Source of the DNA: an uncultured virus (IMG/VR IMGVR_UViG_3300032331_002637)
Lineage: Duplodnaviria; Heunggongvirae; Uroviricota; Caudoviricetes
IMG/VR virus record: IMGVR_UViG_3300032331_002637
Coordinates: 62,001 to 119,756 of that record
Reading direction: 5' to 3' (one strand)
Length of the DNA stretch: 57,756 nt
How positions within the stretch are numbered: position 1 is the first letter of the stretch; each line of letters opens with the position of its first letter. Position numbers and translations under genes: made by a program. The notes beneath the pieces were generated by a model. It was not told where the DNA came from. It made no database searches and was given only the letters and a program-made list of their open reading frames with translations. Of the stretch, positions 21,280 through 29,381 are shown in pieces.

Positions 21280-22263
21280 ATGAAAACAACAATAACTGGA
21301 ATAAGAATCCAAGAAATGGATCCACCTGCAGGAACGGGAGGAACAGGACCAACCCCGCCACCGCCACCTGTTGGCGATCCCGAAAACGTTGATAAATGGA
21401 AAGAAGATGAGGATGAGAAAAAAAGGGATAAAGACGGAAAACCAGAAGAAAGCGATGAAGATGACACTTTCGAAAGAGGCAAAACTGGAGGGGGAGGAAC
21501 TTCTAATGTTGGAGGAGTATTACCAACAGGATCTCTAGGTGATCTTGGTGGAGATGATGGATTAAATGGTGAAACATTAGGAGAAGAATGGGAGACATCA
21601 TTAAAAAGATCAGAAAATGCTGGAAATGTACCTGCTTCTGTTAAAAGAGCATTAGATAAATTAAAAAGACCTGTTATTGATTGGAAATCTGAACTTGAGA
21701 AATATATTGATGAGGCAGTAACAAAAACTAAATATAAATTACCTTCTAGAAGATTTATCGGAGGCGGTGATGCTCAATACGGATATAAAAGATATAAAGA
21801 GGACTTTGAGAACTTAGTGATTGCTATAGACACATCAGGATCTATAACTAGACCTATGATTGAGCAATTTCTTTCAGAGACAATGAAAATTACGGAGGAT
21901 TACTCTCCACAAAAAACAGTAATACTTTATTGTGATACCCAAGTTTATGCCCCAGACATTTTAGAGCCAGGAGATACCCCAGATTTTAATAAGATTGCTG
22001 GAGGTGGAGGAACTAATTTTTGGCCTCCTTTTAAATGGGTGGAAAAAAACATACTTGACGTGGGTGAAACCCCAACGGTATTTATATACTTCACTGATGG
22101 ATTTGCAGAATTTCCTAAATCATCCGAATACGGAATAGATGGTTATGATGATAGATGTATTTGGGTATTCTTATCTTTTAATGGAGAGCCTTTTGGAAAC
22201 GATCAACCTTTTGGTGAAAGAATAGATATCACACTGGCAAATAAAGAAGTGGAAACTATATAA
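21280..22263 (+). CDS. vWA-domain protein (DUF2201 C-terminal type), triad 1
   Basis: IDWKSEL, PSRRF, MIDAS IDTSGS, GGGGTNF, YFTDG. Confidence 0.82.
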   Translation: MKTTITGIRIQEMDPPAGTGGTGPTPPPPPVGDPENVDKWKEDEDEKKRDKDGKPEESDEDDTFERGKTGGGGTSNVGGVLPTGSLGDLGGDDGLNGETLGEEWETSLKRSENAGNVPASVKRALDKLKRPVIDWKSELEKYIDEAVTKTKYKLPSRRFIGGGDAQYGYKRYKEDFENLVIAIDTSGSITRPMIEQFLSETMKITEDYSPQKTVILYCDTQVYAPDILEPGDTPDFNKIAGGGGTNFWPPFKWVEKNILDVGETPTVFIYFTDGFAEFPKSSEYGIDGYDDRCIWVFLSFNGEPFGNDQPFGERIDITLANKEVETI

Positions 22264-22268
22264 AAATA

Positions 22269-22276
22269 GATATATA
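22269..22276 (+). promoter_or_regulatory. Putative late promoter GATATATA
   Basis: Exact motif upstream of ATG 22302. Confidence 0.6.
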
Positions 22277-22301
22277 AGAAATAAAATAAGAAATATTAAG
22301 G

Positions 22302-23891
22302 ATGAAAAAAATCTATAACTTTAAAGAATTCGTAAATGAATCTTACAATGTAGACGAAGGGGTATTATCTAATATCGGTAGCAAGATTTCACAATGGGCT
22401 AAACAGCTTATGACCGCAGTAAGAAATGGCATTATTAGAATGATCTCATCTGGTCCTAAAAAGGGATTACCTGCTTATGTGTTATTTAATTCAGATGAAG
22501 GATCTATCTCAGATCAAGTTGAAAAATTCTATCGCGGAACACCTTATTATGATATGAACAATATCAATAATCCTTCCGTAGCAAACGAGGCAGTGATTCC
22601 TTTGGAATGGGATAGAGCTGATGATGTACCTAATTCACTTCCCGAAGAAATAGAATCAGATATTAGAAGAAGTCTTAAAGCTTGTTTATCCATTGCAGAT
22701 CAAATGGATGCCACAACTGATATGGACGAAAAAGCAAGATTACAAAGGGAATTAAGAAAAGTTAAACCATATTTTATTTATGGAGCACCTGGTATTGGTA
22801 AAACACAAATCATAGCTAAAATATGCGATGAGCTTGGGTTAAACCTATTGAATTGCGATGGATTAAGTGCAGAACCAGTAGACTTTGCTGGTGTACCTAA
22901 AGTGGTAGATATTGAAGCTCCATCAGCAGAAAATCCATTAGGTAGGGGAGTTACAAGATCTAACGTGAGTGCGGATATTTTACCATATGATAACGGAAAA
23001 GGAGGAAAAGGTGGTATCTTATTTATTGATGAATTCAACCGTATGCCTGTTGAAGTACAAAAGATATTCTTATTATTAGCTCAGCAAAGAAGACTTGGTG
23101 TTAATTATGACATGCCTAATAGATGGTATATCGTAGCAGCAGGAAATAGAAAAGTTGATGACCCTAAGGGTGGTATTGTTGAAATGGGATCTGCATTACA
23201 GGATAGATTTGAGATCGTAAATCTTGTTACTAATCCAGCATCAATGAGAAAATATGTAGAGACTACTCCTGGATTATCCGAGATATTCCTACCAGAACTT
23301 CTTGATTTCTTAGATTTTGATGCTAGCTGGTTCCATATGAACGATACAGATGCTAGGAAATTAAAATACCCTACTCCTAGAGCTTGGGAAGATGCTTCTA
23401 GAGCAGTTAGAAGAGTTCTTCAAGAGTATGAACAAAAAGGTATATCTGAAGTGCCTCATAGCGTATTAGCAAGAGAATTTCAGAAGAACGTAGGTAGAGA
23501 TGCTGCTGTAATGTTCTTAGATTTCTATAAGATAGCTCAGCAGATCCCAGTTAAAGAATTATCGCTTCCTTTTACTGATCCTGATAGAGCTCCTATTCCT
23601 AGTGAATACCAAGGAAAAACTAAAAAATCAGGTACTACTAATAGAACTGATTATGAGCACGCTTTATTCACTGCTGTAATTAGAAAAAGCACGGAATTAC
23701 CAAAATTAACAAGCACTGAGTCTTGTAACTTTTCAAAATGGTTAAGAAGAGTTAATGCACCAGAGATGGGAGCAATGGCAATCACATCATTCTTCCAAAA
23801 ACATCCTCATTTATTAGAAGATTATGCAACTATGGAATGTTTAGGACCATTAGCTGATCAATGGGGAGCAGAAATTGGAGTTCAATTTTAA
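22302..23891 (+). CDS. MoxR-like AAA+ ATPase, triad 1
   Basis: Walker A GAPGIGKT, Walker B FIDEFNR, AAGNR, ALQDRF, PTPRAW; leader MKKIYNFKEFVNE. Confidence 0.88.
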   Translation: MKKIYNFKEFVNESYNVDEGVLSNIGSKISQWAKQLMTAVRNGIIRMISSGPKKGLPAYVLFNSDEGSISDQVEKFYRGTPYYDMNNINNPSVANEAVIPLEWDRADDVPNSLPEEIESDIRRSLKACLSIADQMDATTDMDEKARLQRELRKVKPYFIYGAPGIGKTQIIAKICDELGLNLLNCDGLSAEPVDFAGVPKVVDIEAPSAENPLGRGVTRSNVSADILPYDNGKGGKGGILFIDEFNRMPVEVQKIFLLLAQQRRLGVNYDMPNRWYIVAAGNRKVDDPKGGIVEMGSALQDRFEIVNLVTNPASMRKYVETTPGLSEIFLPELLDFLDFDASWFHMNDTDARKLKYPTPRAWEDASRAVRRVLQEYEQKGISEVPHSVLAREFQKNVGRDAAVMFLDFYKIAQQIPVKELSLPFTDPDRAPIPSEYQGKTKKSGTTNRTDYEHALFTAVIRKSTELPKLTSTESCNFSKWLRRVNAPEMGAMAITSFFQKHPHLLEDYATMECLGPLADQWGAEIGVQF

Positions 23892-23894
23892 TAG

Positions 23895-24167
23895 ATGAAA
23901 AAATTCAGTGAAATAATGGAAGGTCATACATCAAAGTATGACCTTTCTAATAGTAAGAGATTATTAGAAGAAGCCATGGAAAAAATAAACATGGTTAGAG
24001 AGGAGTTTTCTAAATTAGAAGATGCTGATGTGACTGAGTTAGAAGAGGGATGGAATCTAATAGATAGATACTACGGTAATTTAACCAAGGGACAAATATT
24101 CAAAAGAAGAAAGAAAGATCAATACATACCTAATACATCCGCTAAAATTCCGGAGAGAGGTTTTTAA
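23895..24167 (+). CDS. Hypothetical protein with leader
   Basis: N-terminus MKKFSEIME. Confidence 0.55.
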   Translation: MKKFSEIMEGHTSKYDLSNSKRLLEEAMEKINMVREEFSKLEDADVTELEEGWNLIDRYYGNLTKGQIFKRRKKDQYIPNTSAKIPERGF

Positions 24168-24171
24168 TTAA

Positions 24172-24179
24172 GATATATA
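24172..24179 (+). promoter_or_regulatory. Putative late promoter GATATATA
   Basis: Exact motif, only 4 nt before ATG 24184. Confidence 0.5.
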
Positions 24180-24183
24180 GAAT

Positions 24184-24717
24184 ATGAAACACATTAAATT
24201 ATTTGAAAATTTCTTAAATGAAGATGGATACGGAAGAGACTTCTTTGTAAAAAAGAAAGACGGTAAACTTTCTCAATATTTTTTTAAGATTGAGGGAGAA
24301 GAGGAGGATCTAGGATTTGTAATAAATCTTGGTAAACTATCTAGAAATATCACCATAGAATCTGCAGAGAATAGTTATGCTGTTCTTTCCGTAGAGCCTA
24401 TCAGAGAATCTGTGATGGATGATTTTTTAGTGAAAGATTCGGATTTTAAATCAAGAGAAGATGATCAATTCACATTGACTAAATCTGAATATATGAGATT
24501 CTATAAGATTGTTGGTGAATGTATAAAAGATTACTTACAATCTAATCCTAAGGTTTCTATTATTTATGATGAGGTACCTTTAAATCTTGATATGGATTTT
24601 GAAGAGTATTCAGATAAAGTTAAATCTCTTATGGATGAATGGAGCTACGGTAAATGGAGCTCACAAGAGGGAGCAACAAAGAAAACATTAATTTATTCTA
24701 GAAGAGACCATGATTAA
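24184..24717 (+). CDS. Hypothetical protein with leader
   Basis: N-terminus MKHIKLFENFLNE. Confidence 0.65.
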   Translation: MKHIKLFENFLNEDGYGRDFFVKKKDGKLSQYFFKIEGEEEDLGFVINLGKLSRNITIESAENSYAVLSVEPIRESVMDDFLVKDSDFKSREDDQFTLTKSEYMRFYKIVGECIKDYLQSNPKVSIIYDEVPLNLDMDFEEYSDKVKSLMDEWSYGKWSSQEGATKKTLIYSRRDHD

Positions 24718-25027
24718 TAATATTCTTTCATATGATGAATTTATATTAGAATCTAGGATACCTATAGCTTGGGCTAAGCCTTCAGTAACAACTACTAAGG
24801 TACTTTCATTCATAGGAGAGAAAGAAAAAGTAACCAAGAAAGAACTATTAGAATTCTTAGATAGTATACCAGAAGATGCTTCAGGTAAGAAACCCAGTAT
24901 GTCTTGGGTTAGAAATCAGAAGAAATATATCAAGTATAAAATACAAGAAGAAGATGCTAACCACTTTGAATTGACCGCTTTAGGCAAGAGAGTTTTAAAA
25001 TCTTTCAGGATTAATGAAACAAAATGA
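24710..25027 (+). CDS. Winged-helix-like DNA-binding protein with leader
   Basis: KVLSFIGEKEKVTKKELLEFL...FELTALGKRVL matches a wHTH wing (LTxxG); N-terminus MINNILSYDEFILE. Confidence 0.5.
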   Translation: MINNILSYDEFILESRIPIAWAKPSVTTTKVLSFIGEKEKVTKKELLEFLDSIPEDASGKKPSMSWVRNQKKYIKYKIQEEDANHFELTALGKRVLKSFRINETK

Positions 25028-25061
25028 AATAATTAGGATACAATTATTAAAATAAACAATT

Positions 25062-25241
25062 ATGGAAAATTACGAAAAAATTAAAGAATTAGTAGAAAGC
25101 ATGCAAAAAGACATGGAAGCTTTCTATGTAAAAGGTAACAAATCAGCAGGAACACGAGTTCGTACTGCTTGCCAAGACCTTAAAAAATTGGCTCAAGATC
25201 TAAGAGTAAATGTACAAGAAACTAAGAACACTAAAGCTTAA
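25062..25241 (+). CDS. Histone H1-like (Hc1-type) nucleoid protein; not in the ORF track
   Basis: Manual translation MENYEKIKELVESMQKDMEAFYVKGNKSAGTRVRTACQDLKKLAQDLRVNVQETKNTKA; the KGNKxAGTRxR signature of Hc1-like proteins. Confidence 0.8.
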   Translation: MENYEKIKELVESMQKDMEAFYVKGNKSAGTRVRTACQDLKKLAQDLRVNVQETKNTKA

Positions 25242-25246
25242 TTAAA

Positions 25247-25477
25247 ATGGGATACTACATTTGTAAAGTTAGCTTTTTTAGTGGGGAAGTTTCTAAAAGT
25301 ACAGGAAAAGCGAAAGCTTCTAGGTCTGAAATTTTAGTCGAAGCAGAAACAGTAACACATGCCGAAACTAGACTTCATGAACATTTAGCTGGAGACAATT
25401 CTACTGCTCATTTAGACTTTGAAGTTACTTCTGTTGCTCAATCTAAGATTGAGTCAGTGGTACATCTTAAAGGCTAA
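25247..25477 (+). CDS. DUF4494-like protein
   Basis: YYICKVSF...EILVEAETVTHAE...FEVTSVAQSKIESV resembles the Bacteroidota DUF4494 family. Confidence 0.65.
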   Translation: MGYYICKVSFFSGEVSKSTGKAKASRSEILVEAETVTHAETRLHEHLAGDNSTAHLDFEVTSVAQSKIESVVHLKG

Positions 25478-25488
25478 AAAACACTTTT

Positions 25489-25525
25489 AACTCCTGATGG
25501 ATATATAATCTATCAGGGGTTTTTT
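25489..25525 (+). terminator. Rho-independent terminator with GATATATA in the hairpin
   Basis: AACTCCTGATGGAT-ATATA-ATCTATCAGGGGTT forms a 14-bp stem with two G.U pairs, running into a T tract, just after the 25247 ORF. Confidence 0.75.
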
Positions 25526-25549
25526 GTATCCTCTGGTTTCAATAATTAT

Positions 25550-25723
25550 ATGAAGAAGAGAAAAACTACATCAGCAGAAACTAGCTCATATCTACCACCA
25601 GATTCGCCAGTGAAGATACCGGTAGGAGATACGGGTTTTAATATGGTTAAGAAAAACTACAATAGGTTTATATGGACTTGGAATGAATATATAGACAAGA
25701 AACCTAAAATTACAAAAAGTTAA
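25550..25723 (+). CDS. Small hypothetical protein (57 aa); not in the ORF track
   Basis: MKKRKTTSAETSSYLPPDSPVKIPVGDTGFNMVKKNYNRFIWTWNEYIDKKPKITKS; stop 2 nt before the next ATG. Confidence 0.55.
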   Translation: MKKRKTTSAETSSYLPPDSPVKIPVGDTGFNMVKKNYNRFIWTWNEYIDKKPKITKS

Positions 25724-25725
25724 TT

Positions 25726-26064
25726 ATGCCAGCAGTTTCTAAGACACAGCAAAGATTAATGGGACAGGCTTACGGAGTCAGAAAATTTATGGATACTAAC
25801 GGTAAAGATGGTATTGATCCCGATAGTATAAAATCTGCTTATAGACAAACTATTGTTGAGCTAGCAAGTAATATGAAGAAGAAATCTTTAAAGGATTTTG
25901 CTTCAACCAAACATAATAAATTACCAGAGGAAGTTGAAGAGGGAGAAATTCCTGCAATATATAATTATCTTAAACCTGAATCTAATAAACCAGGCAAAAA
26001 ATCTAAATCTTCCAAGATGTCAAATCTTGCAGATTATAGAGAATTTATATCTAATAAAAAATAA
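25726..26064 (+). CDS. DUF3008-like small basic protein
   Basis: MPAVSKTQQRLMG...MKKKSLKDFASTKHNKLPE; preceded by GAATATATA (25685-25693). Confidence 0.6.
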   Translation: MPAVSKTQQRLMGQAYGVRKFMDTNGKDGIDPDSIKSAYRQTIVELASNMKKKSLKDFASTKHNKLPEEVEEGEIPAIYNYLKPESNKPGKKSKSSKMSNLADYREFISNKK

Positions 26065-26067
26065 AAT

Positions 26068-26541
26068 ATGGAAGAAGTAAACGAAGATTGTGGATGTGGT
26101 GGTACAACTGACAACATCAGAAGTTTTAATACTAATAGTACACCTAGATACTCTCAAGATCCTTTAGTTGGTAGAAGAGTTAGTCTAAGAGACGGTAGAA
26201 GTGGATTAGTTGATGATTCGATTAGAAACAATACAGGAGAAGTAATAGGATATGTAATTGAAGGCGATAGAGGTAACTACAGAGTCTTTAAAGATAAAAT
26301 AGTTGGTCCAATGGAAGAAAGTGGAGGTGCAATGGCATCTTTATCTAGTACACCAGGAATGGGAGATGTGATTCCCCCTGGACCAGGAAGAACAGGATCT
26401 GGTGATCAATTCCCTTCATTAACTGTGGGAACACCTGCAGCTGGAAAGAAAAAGAAAAAGAAAGATTCTAATAAGAATCCTCTTGATTCATCTGTGATGG
26501 ATTATAAAAGCTTTCTTACTAATTCAAAAAAGAATCAATAA
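26068..26541 (+). CDS. Hypothetical protein with SH3/KOW-like segment
   Basis: LVGRRVSLRDGRSGLV...GYVIEG; basic KKKKKK patch. Confidence 0.55.
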   Translation: MEEVNEDCGCGGTTDNIRSFNTNSTPRYSQDPLVGRRVSLRDGRSGLVDDSIRNNTGEVIGYVIEGDRGNYRVFKDKIVGPMEESGGAMASLSSTPGMGDVIPPGPGRTGSGDQFPSLTVGTPAAGKKKKKKDSNKNPLDSSVMDYKSFLTNSKKNQ

Positions 26542-26542
26542 G

Positions 26543-27124
26543 ATGAATCATATACGATCATTTAGAAGTCTTTTTGAAGGAGTAAGTGCAGTAACAACTA
26601 ATTGGTATATTGTAGATAACGAAGCTTCTTTTGATAAGATAAAAGGTAATGGATATATGCTTTTTAGCCAGGTAGGCATAATGACTATCGTTTATGTTAA
26701 ACCTAAAGTAGAGGAAGAAGCTAGATTGGATTTTTATTTTGATAAAGCAAAATCACCAGATAAGAAAAGCATTTGTGTTTGTAAGATAATAGCTAATGAC
26801 GGTAAAGTTAGGAGCTCTAAAAATTTTGATGATGTAACTACAGATAATGTTTGGGACATAACAGCTACGTTTTTTGATTATTGTGATTTAGAGAAGTCTG
26901 AAAAATCAATTAGAGATAAATTCATGATGGGATATTCTAAGACAATAAAGGATATCTTTAAAGGTGATACAGAAAGAATACCCGGATCATTTAAAACATA
27001 TTTGAATTATATGAAAGAATGGGCAAAGAAATCTATAGAGGGTGTTTCTTTAGATAAGAATGAAGATAATTACGATTTCCGAGAGATGATTAAAGAATTT
27101 ATTGCTTTCTTTAAAAAATCATAA
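26543..27124 (+). CDS. Hypothetical protein with leader
   Basis: N-terminus MNHIRSFRSLFE. Confidence 0.6.
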   Translation: MNHIRSFRSLFEGVSAVTTNWYIVDNEASFDKIKGNGYMLFSQVGIMTIVYVKPKVEEEARLDFYFDKAKSPDKKSICVCKIIANDGKVRSSKNFDDVTTDNVWDITATFFDYCDLEKSEKSIRDKFMMGYSKTIKDIFKGDTERIPGSFKTYLNYMKEWAKKSIEGVSLDKNEDNYDFREMIKEFIAFFKKS

Positions 27125-27424
27125 TTTTTCTTTCTGTCTCAATTGGATAAGATAATTTTCCCAGATTGATCCTCCTTCTTTTATACCAGGTTTAGAGCTC
27201 TTATGTAACTTAGCTCTTTGTGACATTATATAAGATGCTATAATGGCGTCTTTTAATTCTATTTCTTTTTTATCCAGCATTTCTTGTAATCTTCTGATAG
27301 ATTTTAAAGCTTCGTCTCTATTTGCAAACCTTAATCCCTTGGGATAGCTTTGACCTGAGTCGAAAGGTTTAATATCATTTAGATAAACCTGCTCAAATAA
27401 TTTAAAGGTTAGAATTTTTTTCAC
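27119..27424 (-). CDS. Hypothetical protein with leader; the only credible minus-strand gene
   Basis: GTG start; N-terminus MKKILTFKLFE; GAATATATA on the minus strand at 27429-27437; occupies an otherwise empty gap. Confidence 0.7.
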   Translation of the reverse strand: MKKILTFKLFEQVYLNDIKPFDSGQSYPKGLRFANRDEALKSIRRLQEMLDKKEIELKDAIIASYIMSQRAKLHKSSKPGIKEGGSIWENYLIQLRQKEKL

Positions 27425-27443
27425 TTATTATATATTCCAAAAT

Positions 27444-27470
27444 GAAACCTCTTTCAATTATTATTATAAG
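27444..27470 (+). promoter_or_regulatory. Putative early/middle promoter GAAAC-N16-TATAAG
   Basis: Recurrent bipartite motif upstream of the polymerase N-part. Confidence 0.5.
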
Positions 27471-27478
27471 ATAAGAGT

Positions 27479-28885
27479 ATGATAATCGATATAGAAAATA
27501 CAGGAGGCGGTTTAACGGTCTCACATTACACCGAAGAAGGTGAAGTTAATATGTTAAAAATCCCAGTACCAAAGGCATTACAATTTGTTTGGCAAAAGAC
27601 ACAGGATTACGATAAAGCCAAAGATAAAGAATGGCTTTCTTGGGACGCAAAACCTATTAAGAAAGTTTCTTCCACAAAATTTGATAAGTATAGAGTAGTA
27701 GAAATATTAGAAGCTATAGATCCGGAGATAACTAAACCTTTATGGGATTATCAGACTCCGAAAAAATACTTTGTCGATATAGAGGTAGAGATCACAGATA
27801 ATCGTGCAGATTCATTAGACACTGAGAATGCTAAGAATAGAGTGCTTTCAATAGGAATGGCTTCTTCTCACGGAAAGGTACTAGTGATTGGTCTACAAGA
27901 TATGACACCCGAAAGGATTCTTAAAATTGAAAAAAGAATTAAAGAGCATTTTAAAGACCAGGAAGGAGATTGGACATTTAATTATAGGAAGTTCGAAAGT
28001 GAATTTGATATGATGTACACATTTCTTTCTAAGTTAGTTCCAAAAATGCCTTTAATTACTGGATGGAACTGGTTTGGGTATGACTGGCCTTATTTGATAA
28101 ACAGAGCTAGGAGATTAGGTATAGATCCTAAAATTGCTTCACCGAGTGGAGTTCTTCTAGGAAAGAATCAAATACCTATGCATGTACTAATGGTTGACTA
28201 TCTGGACATTTACAAAAAATGGGATAGGGTAGTTAAGATCAGAGAATCTAATTCTTTAGACTATGTGGCAACTCAAGCAATTGGTATTAAAAAAATTGCT
28301 TATAATGGAACATTAAAAGATTTATATGAATCTGATTTTGATACATTCATATTCTATAATGCTATTGACTGTGGTCTTGTTCATTATATTGATAGAAGAC
28401 TCGATACTCTTTCTACATTCTTTAAAATAGCAGAAGTTAGTAGAGTGGAGATTAATAGAGCACTTTCTCCTGTATGGACTACAGAAGTACTTATGTTAAG
28501 AAAATTCTTAGAAAGAAAAAGAGTTATACTAAGTGAAAGAAAAGAAGAGAACCACGTAAAATTTGAAGGAGCCTATGTAAAGAAACCAGAGAGAGGAATT
28601 TATGAATGGATCGCTTGCTTTGACTTTGCTTCACTGTATCCTAATACTATGATGCAATGGGGAATTTCACCAGAGGTTTATATAGGAAAGAATCTAAAAG
28701 AAATACCAGAAGGAGCAATTAAGACATCATCAGGAGCAGTATTTTACAGCAAAGAAGGAAAGGAACCTATACTTAGAGAAATATTACAAGGATTATACTC
28801 GCAAAGGAAAGCAACTAAGAAGAAATATTTTGAATGTGAAAAAGAAATAGAAAAAATTAAAAAAGTAATAAAAACAAAACAATAA
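27479..28885 (+). CDS. Family B DNA polymerase, N-terminal part (3'-5' exonuclease plus motif A)
   Basis: ExoI FVDIEVE, ExoII GWNWFGYDWPY, ExoIII YNAID, motif A FDFASLYP. Ends in the first fingers helix (QRKATKK) and lacks motifs B and C. Confidence 0.92.
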   Translation: MIIDIENTGGGLTVSHYTEEGEVNMLKIPVPKALQFVWQKTQDYDKAKDKEWLSWDAKPIKKVSSTKFDKYRVVEILEAIDPEITKPLWDYQTPKKYFVDIEVEITDNRADSLDTENAKNRVLSIGMASSHGKVLVIGLQDMTPERILKIEKRIKEHFKDQEGDWTFNYRKFESEFDMMYTFLSKLVPKMPLITGWNWFGYDWPYLINRARRLGIDPKIASPSGVLLGKNQIPMHVLMVDYLDIYKKWDRVVKIRESNSLDYVATQAIGIKKIAYNGTLKDLYESDFDTFIFYNAIDCGLVHYIDRRLDTLSTFFKIAEVSRVEINRALSPVWTTEVLMLRKFLERKRVILSERKEENHVKFEGAYVKKPERGIYEWIACFDFASLYPNTMMQWGISPEVYIGKNLKEIPEGAIKTSSGAVFYSKEGKEPILREILQGLYSQRKATKKKYFECEKEIEKIKKVIKTKQ

Positions 28886-28894
28886 AAATAAATT

Positions 28895-29359
28895 ATGGCA
28901 AATTCAGACAACACATGCGCAGATCTTCAAGTAGAAGATTTTCACACAGGAGCAAACGATACATTCGGTTTGATCTACGACAAACAAAAAGAATTACAAA
29001 CTAGATACGGGTTTGATTTTAGCGATTGGACGCTAAAACAAATTGCAGATTTCTGGATGGTAAATAAACACGCAATGAGTGACGAACTAAATGAAATGTT
29101 TGACTCATTAGGAGGCGTTAAAGATGGTATTGGATCTGCAGCTTGGAAATACTGGAAAGGAGACAATAAGAAAGCAGCAGAGATGAAAATCTCAGATTTA
29201 ACAGAATCCGACAAATTGGAATTATTTTATGAGTGGATTGATGGTTTACATTTCTTTATGAATTTTGCAATTTCTATGGGTATGACAAGTAAGGATATTA
29301 TTAATCTTTATATGGCAAAAAATTCAGAAAATCACGACAGACAGCAAAGAGGTTATTAA
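28895..29359 (+). CDS. Dimeric all-alpha dUTPase / dCTPase-like NTP pyrophosphatase
   Basis: DELNEM, WKYWK, EWIDGLHF, YMAKNSENHDRQQRGY. Confidence 0.78.
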   Translation: MANSDNTCADLQVEDFHTGANDTFGLIYDKQKELQTRYGFDFSDWTLKQIADFWMVNKHAMSDELNEMFDSLGGVKDGIGSAAWKYWKGDNKKAAEMKISDLTESDKLELFYEWIDGLHFFMNFAISMGMTSKDIINLYMAKNSENHDRQQRGY

Positions 29360-29381
29360 TATATAAAAGACAAAAACATAA

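Noticed and set aside
21268..21282. In-frame TAA between peptidase 1 and vWA 1 as stop readthrough or recoding
   Set aside because: The paralogous pair (50824/50830) is out of frame, both peptidases end in an equivalent terminal domain, and TAA is the main stop codon in the window.
28800..28885. Split intein joining the two polymerase halves
   Set aside because: Only 15 residues follow the last Cys of the N-part, and the C-part N-terminus is a heptad helix leading directly into motif B. No intein blocks were recognised.
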